Positions 11,392 to 25,212 of a DNA stretch of 64,000 bases are shown piece by piece. Each line of letters opens with the position of its first letter. Position 1 is the first letter of the stretch. A program made the position numbers and the translations under genes. The notes beneath the pieces were generated by a model. That model ran no database searches. It saw nothing but the letters and a program-made list of their open reading frames with translations, and was not told where the DNA came from. This stretch comes from Tricharina praecox. Taxonomy: Eukaryota. Where the stretch lies: contig NW_026250423.1 in assembly GCF_024521635.1 (NCBI RefSeq), positions 124,001-188,000 on the forward strand, in the 5' to 3' direction.

Positions 11392-14300
11392 ATGTCCTAC
11401 CTAGCATCTATACACCCAGCCTCAGCTGTCAGGCACGCGATCAAGGCGAACTTTCTTGCTCCGGATGAGTCGTCTCTGCTGGTTGCGTACGATAGACACC
11501 TGCCTGCTTGAAACCGCATGAGCTTTACGTTTGCTCGGCCAGCTAATACTCATATGATGGCCTAGTAAATCAAATCGAGTTGAAGTGTACGCGTTCGCCA
11601 TTGACGGGCTGTCACTACGAACCACATTCACAGTCTACGGTGTCGTCGTTGCGCTCCTCAAGTTGCGCCCCGAAACCAGTCCCACAGACCACATCTTCAT
11701 CTTGACGGACCGCCATGACTACTTCGTAATCTCGTGGGAACCCGAAAAAAAGACTATTCGCAACGAGAAATATGCCGAGGATGTTGCGGACCGCTTTTTA
11801 CGAGACTCCCCCGCGGGGATCAAGTACATTGCCGACCCGGCGGGCCGTATGCTGGGGATACACTCGTATGAAGGGACGTTCCTCGCATTGCCGTTGATAC
11901 AGCCTATTACCGACAAGAGGAAACGGAGAAAGACGGGGGCAGTGTGTGTCGCAGGAGAGCTCGAGGGCCACTATCCCATCAAGATGCAAGACCTGATGGT
12001 CATCGATATCGTCTTCCTCCACAGCACTGACCACCCGGCATTGGCGGTTCTCCACCAGGGCAATGGACCGGACTCTGCTATACTGTCGACATATAAAGTC
12101 GTCTTCGGAGGAGGGACTTGGGAACTTCAACCATGGGAGACTAGCGCTCCCCCTCTTGAGCAAGAGGGGAGGATGTTGATCCCCGTACCCGAGCCGCTGG
12201 GTGGAGTGATGGTAATAGGCGATAGTAAGATATCGTATTTCCCGGCACAGGAGGAAGGTCTCGGGGTCTTTCATCGGGTCGCCGAGCCAACCCGATTTGT
12301 GGCCTGGGGGAAGATCGACGCACAACGTTTCTTACTGAGTGACAACACCGGAAAGCTCCAGCTGTTATTCCTGGATGTGGATGCAAACGAGAAAGTTCTC
12401 GAGATCAAAATTGAGACGATTGGACAGGTAGGTTCAAGCACAACTGCATTATCCGGGCTACTTGACTGACCGAAATAGGCGTCGATAGCAAGCCAGTTGA
12501 TTTACCTGGATAACGGCCATGTGTTTATCGGATCGTCTAAAGGCGACTCACAGCTGATAAAACTGTCTGCAAAGGATCCGAGATGCGAGATCATCCAGAT
12601 CTCCCCCAGTCTCGCTCCGATCCTGGATTTCCAGGTGATCAGCACCGGCCATTCCAGTGGTGACGAGCAACAGAATCTTTATAGCTCTGGCCAAACTAGT
12701 ATCGTGACAGGCTGTGGAGGGTTTCATGCCGGGGGATTACGATCTGTGAAGAGTGGCGTGGGTCTGAAGGATCTAGCTATCTTGGGCGATATGATGGGCG
12801 TCAAGAAACTGATACCACTGGGGGTCACTCTCCAGAACCCGTATGTGACCTTTCTTGGGGCATTTCCGAGCAAGCTAACTTAGTCCCATAGGTTTCACGA
12901 CACTCTGCTGGTGTCATTTATTGACGAAACGAGGGCCTTCAGGTTTGATGACGAGGGTGAGGTGGAAGAGCTCGACAGTTTTAATGGATTCGCCATGGAG
13001 GAAGAGACCTTGGCCGCATGCCTTCTATCGGACGAGCGGTTACTCCAAGTCACGCCTTCCCGGATCAGAATTGTGGATGCAACAGGCGGAATGGTGCACT
13101 CGGAATACGTGTCTGACTCCAAGATTGTCGCAGCCGATGTCAATTGCGACCTCCTTGTTTGCAATTTCGGAAACACGACGCTCGCAGTATTTAATCTGGG
13201 TGGGAACGCGGATGAGATCGTGGAAGTCGGCCGTCGCACCTTTGAGAACGAGATTTCCTGCCTTTTCGCTCTCTCGAACTATCCGCTTGTCTGCGCTGTT
13301 GGCTTTTGGACATCGTCCGCGGTTGCATTGCTATCGCTCCCCGGTCTGAAGACGCTCGCCGAAGAGTCATTGGGTGGTGATGTCACGGTTCCACGCTCCA
13401 TAGCGATAGCCACCATCGTTGAAGGACAGTCCCCGACCTTGCTGGTTGCCATGGGAGATGGAACACTTGTTACTTTCTCAACCAACGACAATTGGACGCT
13501 GTCGCAAAAGAAGTCGATTTCCTTGAGCACTCAAGCCTTCTCCTTCCAGCTTATCCAGCGGGACGAGGGTCTCAGTGTGTTTGCCTCTTCTGCGAACCCC
13601 AGCCTGATCTATAGCGACGGGGGCCACATCATGTACTCGGCAGTCACGGCTGAGAATGTTTCGTATCTGGCGCCGTTCAACGCTCAAGGATTCCCCAACT
13701 CGGTGGTGCTCGTGGCGAATGGCGAGGTGAAGATTTCGACCATCGAGACGACGCGAAACAGCCACTACAAGACGCTGCGCATGGGCGATGTGGTTCGTAG
13801 GGTTGCCTACTCCAAGGAACGGCAACTGTACGGCATCGTTACGATTGCTGCCTGGCAGACCTTTCCGACTGTCAACGAGAGACATACCTGCTTTGTGAGG
13901 ATTGTCGACGACTACGAGTTTAGTGTGGTGAACTCGTACGAGCTGGAGCCAAACGAACTGGTTGAATCTATAATATGTGTTCAGCTTGGCGACTGGGATG
14001 GCAAGAAGACTGACAAGTTCTTGGTGGGCACCGGAAAGATTCCAGATTATGCGGATATGGAGGACGGAAACTCAGAGTGCAAGGAGGGGAGACTACTGAT
14101 TTTCGAGATCTCGGAAGCCCGCAAGCTGCTGCTCCTCGCCGAACTGAAGCTGAAGGGCGGTGTCAAGTGCATAGACATGGTGGGCGAGGACATCGTGATT
14201 GCCTTGAACAAGACTGTGCGAGATCCTCCACAGGCCGATCAACCATCATACCTCCTAGCTAACGGCTCCCAGATCGAAGTGTACTCCTACCAGTTTGCCA

Positions 14301-15052
14301 TGCACGGCAAGCAATTCCTCCAGAAGCTCGCCTCCTTCCGCTGCCACAGCGAGCCGCAAGACATTGGCGTGACCGGCAACCACATCTGCGTCGCAGACCT
14401 AATGAAAGGCCCCTCGCTGCTATCCTACAGCCGGACGCCCATGCCGACACTCACCGAGATCTCGCGCGCCTACGGCACACAGTGGAGCACCGCCATCGAC
14501 ATGATCGACGCCAACACGCTCGTTAACGCCGACGCAGAAGGCAACCTGTCTATCTGGTCACGGGACACCACGCTGCTCTCGGAGGACCAGCAGCAGCAGC
14601 AGCGGCTCTCCCGGACCGGCGAGCTGCACCTGGGGCAGATGATCAACCGGATCCGGCGGATCCCGGACGTATCCGAGCACCACGCGACGCCCAACGCCGT
14701 CCTGCAGCCGTGCGCGTACCTCGCCACCGTCGACGGCGGGCTGTTCCTCCTCGCAAAGATCGCGGAAGACAAGACGCAGTTGCTCCTGCAGCTGCAGGCG
14801 AACCTCGCACAGGTCGTCCGCGGCGTCGGCGGCCTCGCGTTCGATGAGTGGAGGGGCTTCGTCTCCCCCGCTAGAGTCATGGACGGCCCATTTAGGATTG
14901 CGGATGGTGACTTTGTCATGCGGTTTCTGGAACTGGATGATGACGCGGCGAAGGGCGTGGTGGAAGGCACTGGCGGTGGCGGCGCCATGCCCCTCAATAA
15001 GTCGGTCGAGGAGGTGCGCAGCTTGGTCGAGAGCTTGAAGACGTTCCATTAG
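11392..15052 (+). CDS. DDB1: DNA damage-binding protein 1 (CUL4 adaptor), multi-exon
   Basis: MSYLASIHPASAVRHA start, YLDNGHVFIGSSKGDSQL, APILDF, GGLRSVKSGVG, VADLMK, ADAEGNL, HLGQMINRI, DGDFVMRFLEL; introns near 11487, 12428, 12841, 14216. Confidence 0.93.
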
Positions 15053-15563
15053 GTGTGCGGGCGGATTGGGTAGTTTCTGGGGTTGGTGACATCTGATGGG
15101 GTTCTGCTGCTTTTTCTTGTGGTTATTGTTTTCTTCGGGTTTTAGGCGGTAGACACGATGGCTAGACAATGTTGATGGCAAATCAGTAGGACCTCAAAGT
15201 TTGTGTTGTTGATGATAATTCGTAGGGTTTCTCACGTGGCATTTCCACATTCCATCGTCAGAAGGCAGTCGTAGTAAAGCCTCCATGCCATTACACCGTT
15301 CCGCGAAGTGATCACTCGAAGCACATTGACGCAAAACATATGTTGACGTCTGCATAATCAAATTCCATAGTAAAAAGCAAGGAAAATAATAATAGATCAA
15401 ATAAAAAAGTCAACACCAACGCCAATTGCAATTCAGATAGAATCAGTGTCAAAGAAAAAGCTAGCCCCAGCACGGCCGATATCGCCATCGCCATCACCGC
15501 CATCACCGCCATCACTACCACCGCCACAATCCACACACCTGCCACACCCACAGCACGTCTCGA

Positions 15564-17028
15564 TTATTCGTACATCAAGCTCTGACCCATCCTCTCACTA
15601 GAGTCCAAAAGCGAGTACTGTTTGGTGAGCACGCACTCACCGCCGCGCTCCATGTCAACATTATAGACGTAAAAGTCACCGTCGCTGGTAACCACCATGA
15701 TCTGCGGGCTCGTGCTACTGAGCGCGACCACACTCTTGACGCCCGGTTTCTTGAGCTTGACGAACGCAAAGTCCCTAGCGGGCTCCCACATCTCCGTGAC
15801 GGCGTTGGGGAGGTATCCGCCAGCGGCGCCGGCGAGCGTGCGCCCAATGCTTTGCGACGAGCGGCGGATGATCGAGCCGAAGGTTCCTGCGCCGTTTCGA
15901 CGTCGCGCGTTCTCTTCGTATTGCTCGAAGCCGGCTGCTGCGGGGCCGCCGTGATTCGAGGGTGACGAGGACATGGAGTCGGTTGGCGAGTAGCCGCCGC
16001 TGGCGTCACCGCCGCCACCGTTGCCAGAGTTGTGCGAGTCGACGATCTGGGGCGCGCCGCCACCCAGACGGAAGATGTGGACTGTTTCGGTCGCCGAGGA
16101 TATGCACAGCAGAGATGACACTAGGTTGAACGACATGGAGAAGATGCGGGATGGGTATGTGCCCCTTCGGAACTGGTAGAGCTTCTGCGCGCCGGGCACG
16201 GAAAAGACGCGGATGATGGTGCCCTTGTCGGAAGCCGTGGCGAGAAGCGTGCCCTCGTTGTTGAGGGCCACGTGGGAGAGGGGTGACTTGTGAGCCTCAA
16301 CCACGTTTACAGCTTCGAGCTGAATGGCATCGAACAGCAGGACGTCTCCGGTCAACGGCGCGGGTTGCCCGGCGGCGGGTGGCGCGTGCGACGGCGGCGA
16401 AAACGGCGACGGGTTCGACGAGCTCGGACGCGGGTACGCGATGTAGCATCGATCGGAGGACGGGGATAGCGCGCAGATAGCTTTGTCGCGATCAACGCAG
16501 TCTTCAACAGGACACAGGGCGGAACATAGTTACCATTGGGATTTGGCGACGTCTCGATCGTGTGCAACAGCTTCATGTTGCTGATGTCGTAGACATAGAT
16601 CTGCTCCTCCAACACCACTATCAACCGCTTCCGGTTGAGCTTGACCGCCAGTATCGAAGTCGGAAACGTGAGCTCGCAGATTGTCGTCTGACGCTGTTCG
16701 GCCCGTCACGTCAGCTGGTGCCCCCACCATCTCTCCTCAACTCTAAGATGCGGGGGGGGATGCGGTGGGCAAGGAAGATTTGGATTGTGCACACAGATGA
16801 AACCTCCGAGCGAACCTTCGTATTTGTTATCACCAATCGCCGCGGCGAGAATATGAGAGCCACCAATGAGGTGCTGAAGAGCATCTCGATGATGGACACA
16901 TCCCCCTCCTTGTTCTCGTAGACCTTGCCGAACGGATCGCAGTTGTATATTCTGTAGCCGTTGTGAGTGCCGACGGCGAGACAGGAGTGATCCTGATTAA
17001 AGGTAACGAAGTTCATGGGGACAGCCAT
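15564..17028 (-). CDS. ATG18: Autophagy PROPPIN WD40 protein Atg18, 3 exons
   Basis: [48 protein letters not shown] phosphoinositide-binding motif. Confidence 0.96.
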
Positions 17029-18951
17029 GTTGGGAGTTGGCGAATGCTATCCTATGGCGTGCGTGCGCGCGGACTCCAGATAGGAAGCACGTATCTGTCG
17101 CCTAGAGCAAAGAACCGGTTATGACGACACCCCGCACCAAGCTTTGGGACGGCAAGAGGGGTTTTCGGTAGTGGGTGCCTCGAGAGAGCTTCGGCAGAGG
17201 CGGTGGGCGTTTGGTTGGCAGAGAGAAAAAGAGAAGTGCAGGTCTGGAAGCAAACCGGCGAGTTGGCGATTGAACAGGCGTACGATCGATGGCAGGCGGC
17301 TCGAGCAGCAGCAAGGTGGTGGACAGAGCGGTTGCGATGGCGGTGGGTAATTGGTGATTGGGCGGGCGGACGAATGGAGCTCGAGCAGTCCGCTTCACGA
17401 CTCGGTGTCGGTGTTGGCTGAGTTTGAAATCGGCGAGCCTGGAGGTTTGGAGGAGCACATCGGGGACATTCAGAATTCACGAGAGGAGAAGAGTGGCTCT
17501 AGTGGATGAGGAGGTCCAGTGCTGGCCAGGCCGGCCTAACTACTCTAGAGTAGGCCGTTGGTGTGGCTGGGCTGCTGGGTTAGACGAGTGGCTGATACCT
17601 TGGCGATTCCCATCCATCATACCGTAGCACTCGATTCTCCGAACTTTCTTTAATTGATCACGATGATCCCGAGCAGTACCGGTAATGGGTCTCGGAGTTG
17701 CCGAGCTTGCTTAGCCACTGACTTGTTCTACGCGGGCCGGGTGGTCCGGTTCCACCGCACACGGCACACCGAACGGAGAAAGCGGTACGGCTGCCGAAGG
17801 ACTGGCCCAGACTGCCACCAAACAGCTGCACGGGGCTCAGCAGTACTCTCTAACTTGCCGACGGCTGTCCCTACTTGTCTCGTCCGAATGAACGTGCACT
17901 TTCATTTCTCCAAGCAGTCCTGCGACTGCTTTTTCTCTCTTCTTTTTCTTCTTTTCTTTCGCGGTGGTCATGGCCCCCGACCATCTGCAAACGATCTTTT
18001 GGGCCGTCCCGTTCGTGGCCAGCTTAGGGCATAGCAGCCCGGCACCTGCATAGCAGCCAAGAGATGTCTCTCCTTCGGGCCACCGTCCCCAAAGGATGCT
18101 GCTAGCAAATACCTCCGAGGCCCGTATTACTCACCGCCAAAGCGTGGTGGGCCCCACCGGGGTTTTCCCAACTCCTGGCCGCTAGCGACTTGGCAGAACC
18201 CACTGGGAACTGTGTGGGGAAGTCCCTGGCGCCACGATCTTGTGCCCGTCCGGCCATATGTGACGGAGATATAGAGCACCTAGTTCACCGTGTGTAACCC
18301 CGTTCTCATGTCTTGGCCCGGAACACCGCTTCCCACGTGCGGTGCAAATCGATGGGCTCGCTCCCTCGTCAGTGGTCACCGCGCGATGCCGAGAGATTTT
18401 CCCTATGCTATCTACTACTACGTGCATCCCCGGCCTGATTGGCTCCGCCGCCAGTGGATCATGCTCCCAGGCTCCAGCTCCATACATACCCTGCATTCCG
18501 ATTCATCCATCTCGATAGCTGTGCTCCCTCCTGAAGATTCGTCTGCACCCGTCGGACGTATGCTCCGCGAGCTGGATCACCTCCTTGCCTCGCCTACCGC
18601 CTCCCCCGATCTACCGCCCCGCCACCGTAACCCTTCCCTGTACAATTTAAAGAGGCTATCCCAGCGTGTCTGTGCGTGGTGCGTCCATCTGCTCTAGAGT
18701 AAGTAGCCTCTAGCCCACCGGACAATTATATTCTCCATTGTTGCTCGCGAAATCCCATCCCATCCCATCCCCATGATCCATCTGTAATCTCTTCTGCTCC
18801 CCATTCCCATCCGTCCACTTTGCTACCCGCAACTTACTGCCTGTGTCGCTGTTTCATACTCGTGACGCCATTCTTCTTCTCTTCCCCGACGCCTTCCCCC
18901 CACCCTCCCGCTCAGAGATCTACTCGGCGCTGAAAGCCCCCTCTCCCCTTC

Positions 18952-21900
18952 ATGACGACGTCTCTCTCGCCAAATCCCACCGTGCCTTCCGATCCGCTCA
19001 CTATCGATCTCCTCCAGATGCCTTCCACCCCCCTCCTCGCTACAAATGCTGCCGCCGACGCAGCGAGAGCAGCAGTGTCCGCTTCAAAAGAGAGGGGAAG
19101 ACCCAGCGAGAAGACAAGGCTCGATGCCGCCGTCATCAATGTATGCTTGCTTGCTTAGCTGCCGCTGAATCGCATCATACGTATGTTGCCAACTGACATG
19201 GGCTTTGTGTCACCTTCTCTAGGTATACGGAAACCAGATAGTCTCCAAACGGAGCGTCGAAAGACTTTATGCGCGGGAAAACGAACACCGATTTCTCCGT
19301 CATTTTGTCAAGAAACCTCAGCGCCGGTCACCAACCGGCAAGTTCACCACCAGCTTAGCAGCGGGAATCCACATTTGAAACGGACGTGAGGCTTACGGTC
19401 GTTTGACGGGTAGTGAACCGGGGCTATTGGTTGCGAATGCAAGCGGTGGAATATGTAGTGGATTCGTTTCTCAATGAAGAGCTACCGCCCATAGCCGTGC
19501 CGAAGAGGAAGGTTGTGGTCAACCTGGGCTGTGGATAGTCTGTCGTCCTTTCCGTGTGCTGCTGCCAAGCGACCGGCGACTGGCGATCTCGATTCCTGAC
19601 GTTGTGCAGTGATCCATTACCTTTCCGCTGCCTATCGATGGATAAAGCGAATGCGGAGGTCCTGTATGTTGATATCGACTTCCCGGCCCTGATCACCGAC
19701 AAGGTCGCCGTCATAGCCCAGACTCCCGAGCTGCACGACTTCCTCTCGGAACGACAACATCACCCAACCCCGGTGGACCATGTGCACTACCAGAGCACAC
19801 AATATCTGGCGCTTGGGTGCGATCTGCGCGATCTCGACACCATCCGGAGGCTCTTCGAAGCTCACAGGCTGGTGGATGCCGCAGTATTCTTCACGGCGGA
19901 GGTCTCCCTCACGTTTATGGCCCGCGAGGCCGTCGACGCACTCATCCAGTGGGCCGCAACGCTACCCGACGGTAATCCGGAAGGTCCTCACCTATCTGTT
20001 TCCCTAACTAACACACCATCGTCTCAGCACGTTTTTCCGTCCTGGAGCAGATAATTCCAGCAGGACCACATCACCCGTTTGCACGGACCATGCTCAAATA
20101 CTTCGAAACACTCCAGACTCCGTTGAACTCGGTAATCGCGTACCCGCGATTGACGGACCAGATCCGCCGCTATTCGTCCCGAGGGTGGAATTCGGTTGAT
20201 GTTTGCGATCTTCTTGCGTTCTGGAGTAACCGCATCCGCCGCTCCGAATGGGAGCGCATCGAGTCGGTGGGTGACGGATTCGACGAGTGGGAAGAGCTGT
20301 ATTGCTTTGCCCAGCACTATTTCATCTTGTACGCACATAACGGCAGCAATCCACACACCCCCTTTCACGGCCCAGGGCACCACTGGAATGGCGGCGGAGA
20401 GTACCGGCGGTACCCTCCGAGGGGCCGGGGAATGGACGACATCAAGGGCCCAGAAGATCACCCTACGGGATTTACGGCGGAGTTTACGGCGGCCCGCGGT
20501 CTAAAACGGAGATTTGGTGCGGCGGCAGCGGTTGGTCCCGACAGTTTGGTCTTTCATGGCGGGCAAGGGCCCACCTCTAGGCTAGGGACATCAGTTTGTA
20601 TTACGCATTCCGACGACGACATTGGACTGCACGGGAAGGGTCCCGGTGTGAGAATGTGCCACACGATGACGACCCTGCCCAACGGCAAAGTATTACTGGT
20701 CGGAGGACGAACTTCGCCGGACAAGCCGATGAAGGATGCCTGGCTGTTCACTGGTGGAGTCTGGACGAGGGTGGATGATATTCCAGTAGCCAGATATCGG
20801 CATGTTGCTACTGCGGTCGATGGTGATAGGATATTGGTGTATGGAGGACGAGGGGAAGGAAGAAAAGTTCTGGCGGACTGGCTGCTGTGGTCCGAAGGCC
20901 AGGGCTGGAGAACAATACAGGCTGTCGGTTCCGCCTTACCCACACCACGATTCTCTTCTGGCATATGTTGGACGGATCGGAGATATGGTGCTCTTGGCGG
21001 TGGTTTGGATGCACACGGAGAAGTCTTGGACGACATGTGGAGATTAGAGCTCCACGAGACTGACGACGGAACGGAGACGATCAAGCCATATTGGAGCATG
21101 GTCAACATACTGTCGACACGGAATCTCTGGAAACGGTTCGGGGGGCAGATGTTATACACCGGTCATGGCCGCATATTGTATGTGGGCGGCATCAGCGGCT
21201 GCGGATTGATGAGAAGCGAAAACGAGATATTGGAGGTGGATTGCAACCGTGTCACAGTCTCCGCAATCTACGCACCGTTTCCAAAAGAGACCTCGCCGTT
21301 CCTCATAGGCCATTCGGTCGTTTGTCTCCGGGAACGGGTGGTTATATGTGGCGGAGGTGGCTCGTGCTTCAAGTTCGGTCCCTATACCAACGACGGAATA
21401 TGGACCCTGTCGGACAGCGAGAAGTACGATACATGGAAGTTCCTTGAAGAAGGCAGGGGGTTGGATATTCCACGAGACCTTGACACGCCGATGGTGGACT
21501 CATTCGAGGGGCCCGTCGAGGTTGATGGTCCACCGCCTCGGATCGTCGATGTCAAGAGGATCAGAATCGACTCGGACGAAGACTTCAAGAAGGTTGTAGC
21601 AGCAGGAGAGCCCGCGCTCCTCGAAGGAGTCGATATCGGTTCCTGCGTCACCTCTTGGTCACCAGACTACCTCAAGGCTGCGTTGGGGGCGGACCGCACA
21701 GTTGTGGTTCATGTGGCCGAGTCATATGTGTCGTTTCAACCCAAAAACTTCAAATACGAGAAAGCCCCATTTGGGGAGTTTATTGACGCCGCATTTACTC
21801 CCGTTCCCCACGCACGCCTGTACTTCCGCTCGTTATCTGTTGGCAATCCGACCTCGGCACCAGCCAGCTTCGTTGAGGACTTCCCGGAACTCGCACCTGA

Positions 21901-22441
21901 CTTCGTCCTCCCACCGTCGCTCGCGCTCGCCATGGAGCGACATTTCAGTTCCACACTCCGCATTTTCAGTGCCGATGTTGGAATGTGGTTGCACTACGAC
22001 GCGATGCCCAACCTGCTGTGCCACATATCGGGCCGCAAGGCGTTCAGACTATACCCACCGGGCGACGTGAGCAAGCTGTCGTTCTCGCACGGCTCCACCA
22101 CGTCCTCCATCTCAGACATCTTCGCCTACAAGTCGCCGCCAGGCACCACACAGTACGATGTCGAGCTGGCCCCCGGAGACGTCCTCTACATCCCCCCGTT
22201 CTGGATGCGCGCTGCGAAACCAATCACGCCCTGTGTCAGTATCGATCTCTTCTTTAGGGGATTTGATGGCGCTGCGTACACCCATGGCAGAGATGTGTAT
22301 CAAAATAGAGATGTGACGGTCTATGAGAAGGGCAGGAAGAAGATTCATGGCATCGTCGCTGATTTTAAGGATCTGCCGAGGGATATGCGGAAGTTCTATC
22401 TGAGCAGGTTGGTGGAGGAGTTGAAGGATAGCGATAGTTAG
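18952..22441 (+). CDS. PPM2: tRNA wybutosine-synthesizing protein 4 (LCM methyltransferase + Kelch) fused to a TYW5-like JmjC domain, 5 exons
   Basis: Spliced [57 protein letters not shown]; Kelch repeats; Jmj[17 protein letters not shown]; introns 19141-19221, 19338-19413, 19538-19609, about 19972-20027. Confidence 0.92.
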
Positions 22442-22560
22442 GGGGGGGGGGGGATGTATTGGTGGTATGGGTTTATGTAATTGGTGTATCTGGCTGGAGT
22501 TCTTTTTTTTTCTCTTTCGGACATGATATGTAATACTACATGATAGGGAAGATGTATTCC

Positions 22561-22646
22561 CTCACCCTCTCACCCTCTCACCCTCTCACCCTCTCACTCG
22601 AGCTCTCTCACTCGAGCTCTCTCACTCGAGCTCTCTCACTCGAGCT
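22561..22646. repeat. Compound tandem repeat (CTCACCCT)x4 then (CTCTCTCACTCGAG)x~4
   Basis: Directly visible; the last unit overlaps the stop codon of the minus-strand DUF3140 gene. Confidence 0.9.
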
Positions 22647-23245
22647 GTGCATCATGTCCCCAGTTCTTGAGCGACTTGTAGCTCTTGCTCTCGGTATTCT
22701 GCTTTGCGGCCTCTTCCTGCGCAAGGTGCCGCTTGCTGCCCATTCCCACCGGCCACCGAACCGACTGTCAGCCAGCACTCCGCCGCGAGAAACTTCAAAC
22801 CTGCTGCTGGTATGGAAGGGAGGGAGGGGAGGGAGGGGGGGAAGGGAGGGACAGACCAGTAGGACACTACCTTCCGCATATGCGCGATATCGTCTTCGCC
22901 ATATTTGCTGGGGTCTCTGGAGGGGTTGCGCTGAAGGATGTCGACGATGTGGCGGCCGCTGCGGAGGTCGACTGTGGTTAGTTTCTGGAAAGACTGAGGA
23001 GAAGGACCGACCACTTGGGGACTTGCCTCTCGTGCCCGACCGTCTCGCCGTCGCCGTCGCCGTCCTTATGCCAGCCTGCGCCCGTCGAGGCGGACGTGTG
23101 CAGCCACTGCTCCAGCGCGGCGGGGGTCATGTTGACTAGGTCGTTGAATTCGCTATTCGCAGTCAATTCTATGGTTTCCGGACAAGATTGGGAATGGGAA
23201 TGGGGGGAGACCGTACGAGATCACCGTGGATTTGTCTTTAACCAT
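22636..23245 (-). CDS. DUF3140-family small protein, 4 exons
   Basis: Spliced MVKDKSTVI-EFNDLVNMTPAALEQWL..GETVGHESGRHIVDIL..DDIAHMRKVVSYCKRHLAQE..KSLKNWGHD. Confidence 0.85.
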
Positions 23246-24276
23246 GCTGAAGAGGGTGTTGCTGAACGGGAGGTGCGGGTGCGTGCTGAAAAGGCGGCGG
23301 AGCATAATAGAGCTATATAAGAGAACGGTGGGCATTGCGGGCGGTTGGGCCGCGGGATATATACGCTCTAAGAATATGAACGTCATGCAATGGTAATAGA
23401 TAGTCGGTGCACGCCGCGGTCAAGCAAGGGAGCACGGTGATCTCATCGGTGTCGGCTTCGGGAAGGGTCCGCGGGATCGGCATGGAATTGTGAGTGCTGG
23501 GGGGTGACTCGCTTGTTAATGGGGGCGCCGGAGGGTGAAACGAGGTTTGGCGGACAGTCTTCTAGAGTAGTGAGAGACCTCCGCCGGGTATGTACGGGCA
23601 ACTGGTGAGACTGTTTGAATTGACTACATAGAAAGCAACAAGAAAAGAAAGCAGCCTGTGTTCTTCAGCCTTCAGCCTTCGGGCCGAACAACCTCAAAGT
23701 ACCTCTGCGGTGTTGATCATGATGTCTGCGGTGGTGATAATGTCTGATGTCTCGTGTGTTATGTCTCGTCTCTTCGACGAGCCACGACAGACTGACCGAC
23801 CAAACGAACATATGTAAAAGTAGCATCAGAGCACAGTTCAACATTGAGGTGACCGCATCGGGCCTGGCTCTCCCGAGCCCCACAGTACCGTATGTGACGA
23901 TTTCTACGCACCCCTGTGATGGGCATTTTCACGTGCGTGTAGAGTACGTAGTAGAGTACCGTACCGCCGCAGTGTGGCTTCGAGCCCAGAAGCTGGTGCG
24001 TGTATAGTATGCAGTGCACTCCCGAGCTAAACCCTGCAGAATGCCAACGCATCTACTGCAGCTCCCCCACCTCCGCACCCCTCCACGGTCAAAAGTGAGT
24101 TGAGTTGAACCGGGCCCCAAAGCATGGCCGCCCTACCACAGCACACCGCCACTCCCACTACCACTACCAGTACCAGTACCAGTACCAACGCTTAACCACT
24201 CCCCGTCCCCTCCCCCACCTCCCCCCTCCCCCCCCACCAACCAACCACCACCACCACAACTCCAGCACAGCCAGCA

Positions 24277-25212
24277 ATGACAGACTCAATCCAGCGCGTC
24301 CTCTTCGTCGCGCCCAAAGTCCACATCTACGCCGTGCCGCCGCTGGCCTCGAATCAAGGCTACAAGGCCGCGCAATGGAACGTCGACAACGAGCGCGCCC
24401 GCATCTTTACCGCGCGCATACGGGTGATGGAGACTGCCACTGTCGCCCCGGACGCCGAAGACGACGAGGAGACCGTGCGCACAGATGTCCGCCTCGAGGA
24501 TCCCAAGACGGGCGATCTGTTCGCGAATTGTCCCTACGAGGTGCGCCACCCCTCCCCGCCCCTCCCCCGCCCCGTCCCCCGCCGCCCGAGCTCAACCGCC
24601 GAAGAGCGTCACTAACAATGATGTGTGTGTGGCAGGGCTCATTCTGCGTCGAGCAAGTCGTGGACTCCTCACGGTTCTTTGCGATCCGGGTCGTCGACAG
24701 AGCGCGGAAGGCGATTCTGGGCATTGGTTTTGAGGACCGCAGCGATGCGTTCGACTTTGGCGTTGCGCTGCAGGAGGTGCGCAGACATATGGATGCCGCG
24801 GCGGCCGCGGCGAGTAATGGCAAGGGAAAGGGAATGGGTGCAAATGGCGCGGATAATGGGGCGCGGGACAAGCCCGCGGAGAAGGTTGATTATAGCCTCA
24901 AGGAGGGGGAGACTATTAGTATTACTATCGGGGTACTTATTCATTCTTTGGGTGGTGAGAGGGGGGTGAGGCGGAGGTGGACTACGGATTGACGGATTGA
25001 CGGACGGACTGGCTGACTGACCGCGTGCGTAGAATAAGGGCCGCCGCAGAGCTCCCTCTGCGAATAATACTAGCAATCAAGGCCTGCCGCTACCGTTCCT
25101 ACCACCCCCGCCGAGCGCCGAAGATATCAAGCGGCGGCAGAGCAGGAACTTGACAGAGGAGCCGCCAACAGCAATGGGCTTCGACGACGATGCGTTTGGC
25201 GATTTCGTGTAG
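24277..25212 (+). CDS. Adaptin ear-binding coat-associated protein (NECAP/DUF1681), 3 exons
   Basis: VHIYAVPPLASNQGYKAAQW, GDLFANCPY, VEQVVDSSRFFAIRV, GIGFEDRSDAFDF, DYSLKEGETISI, C-terminal FDDDAFGDFV*. Confidence 0.93.

Noticed and set aside
17052..18900. Several 70-140 aa ORFs between ATG18 and TYW4
   Set aside because: No recognisable motifs or codon bias; likely UTR or promoter sequence, though 18290-18697 cannot be fully excluded.
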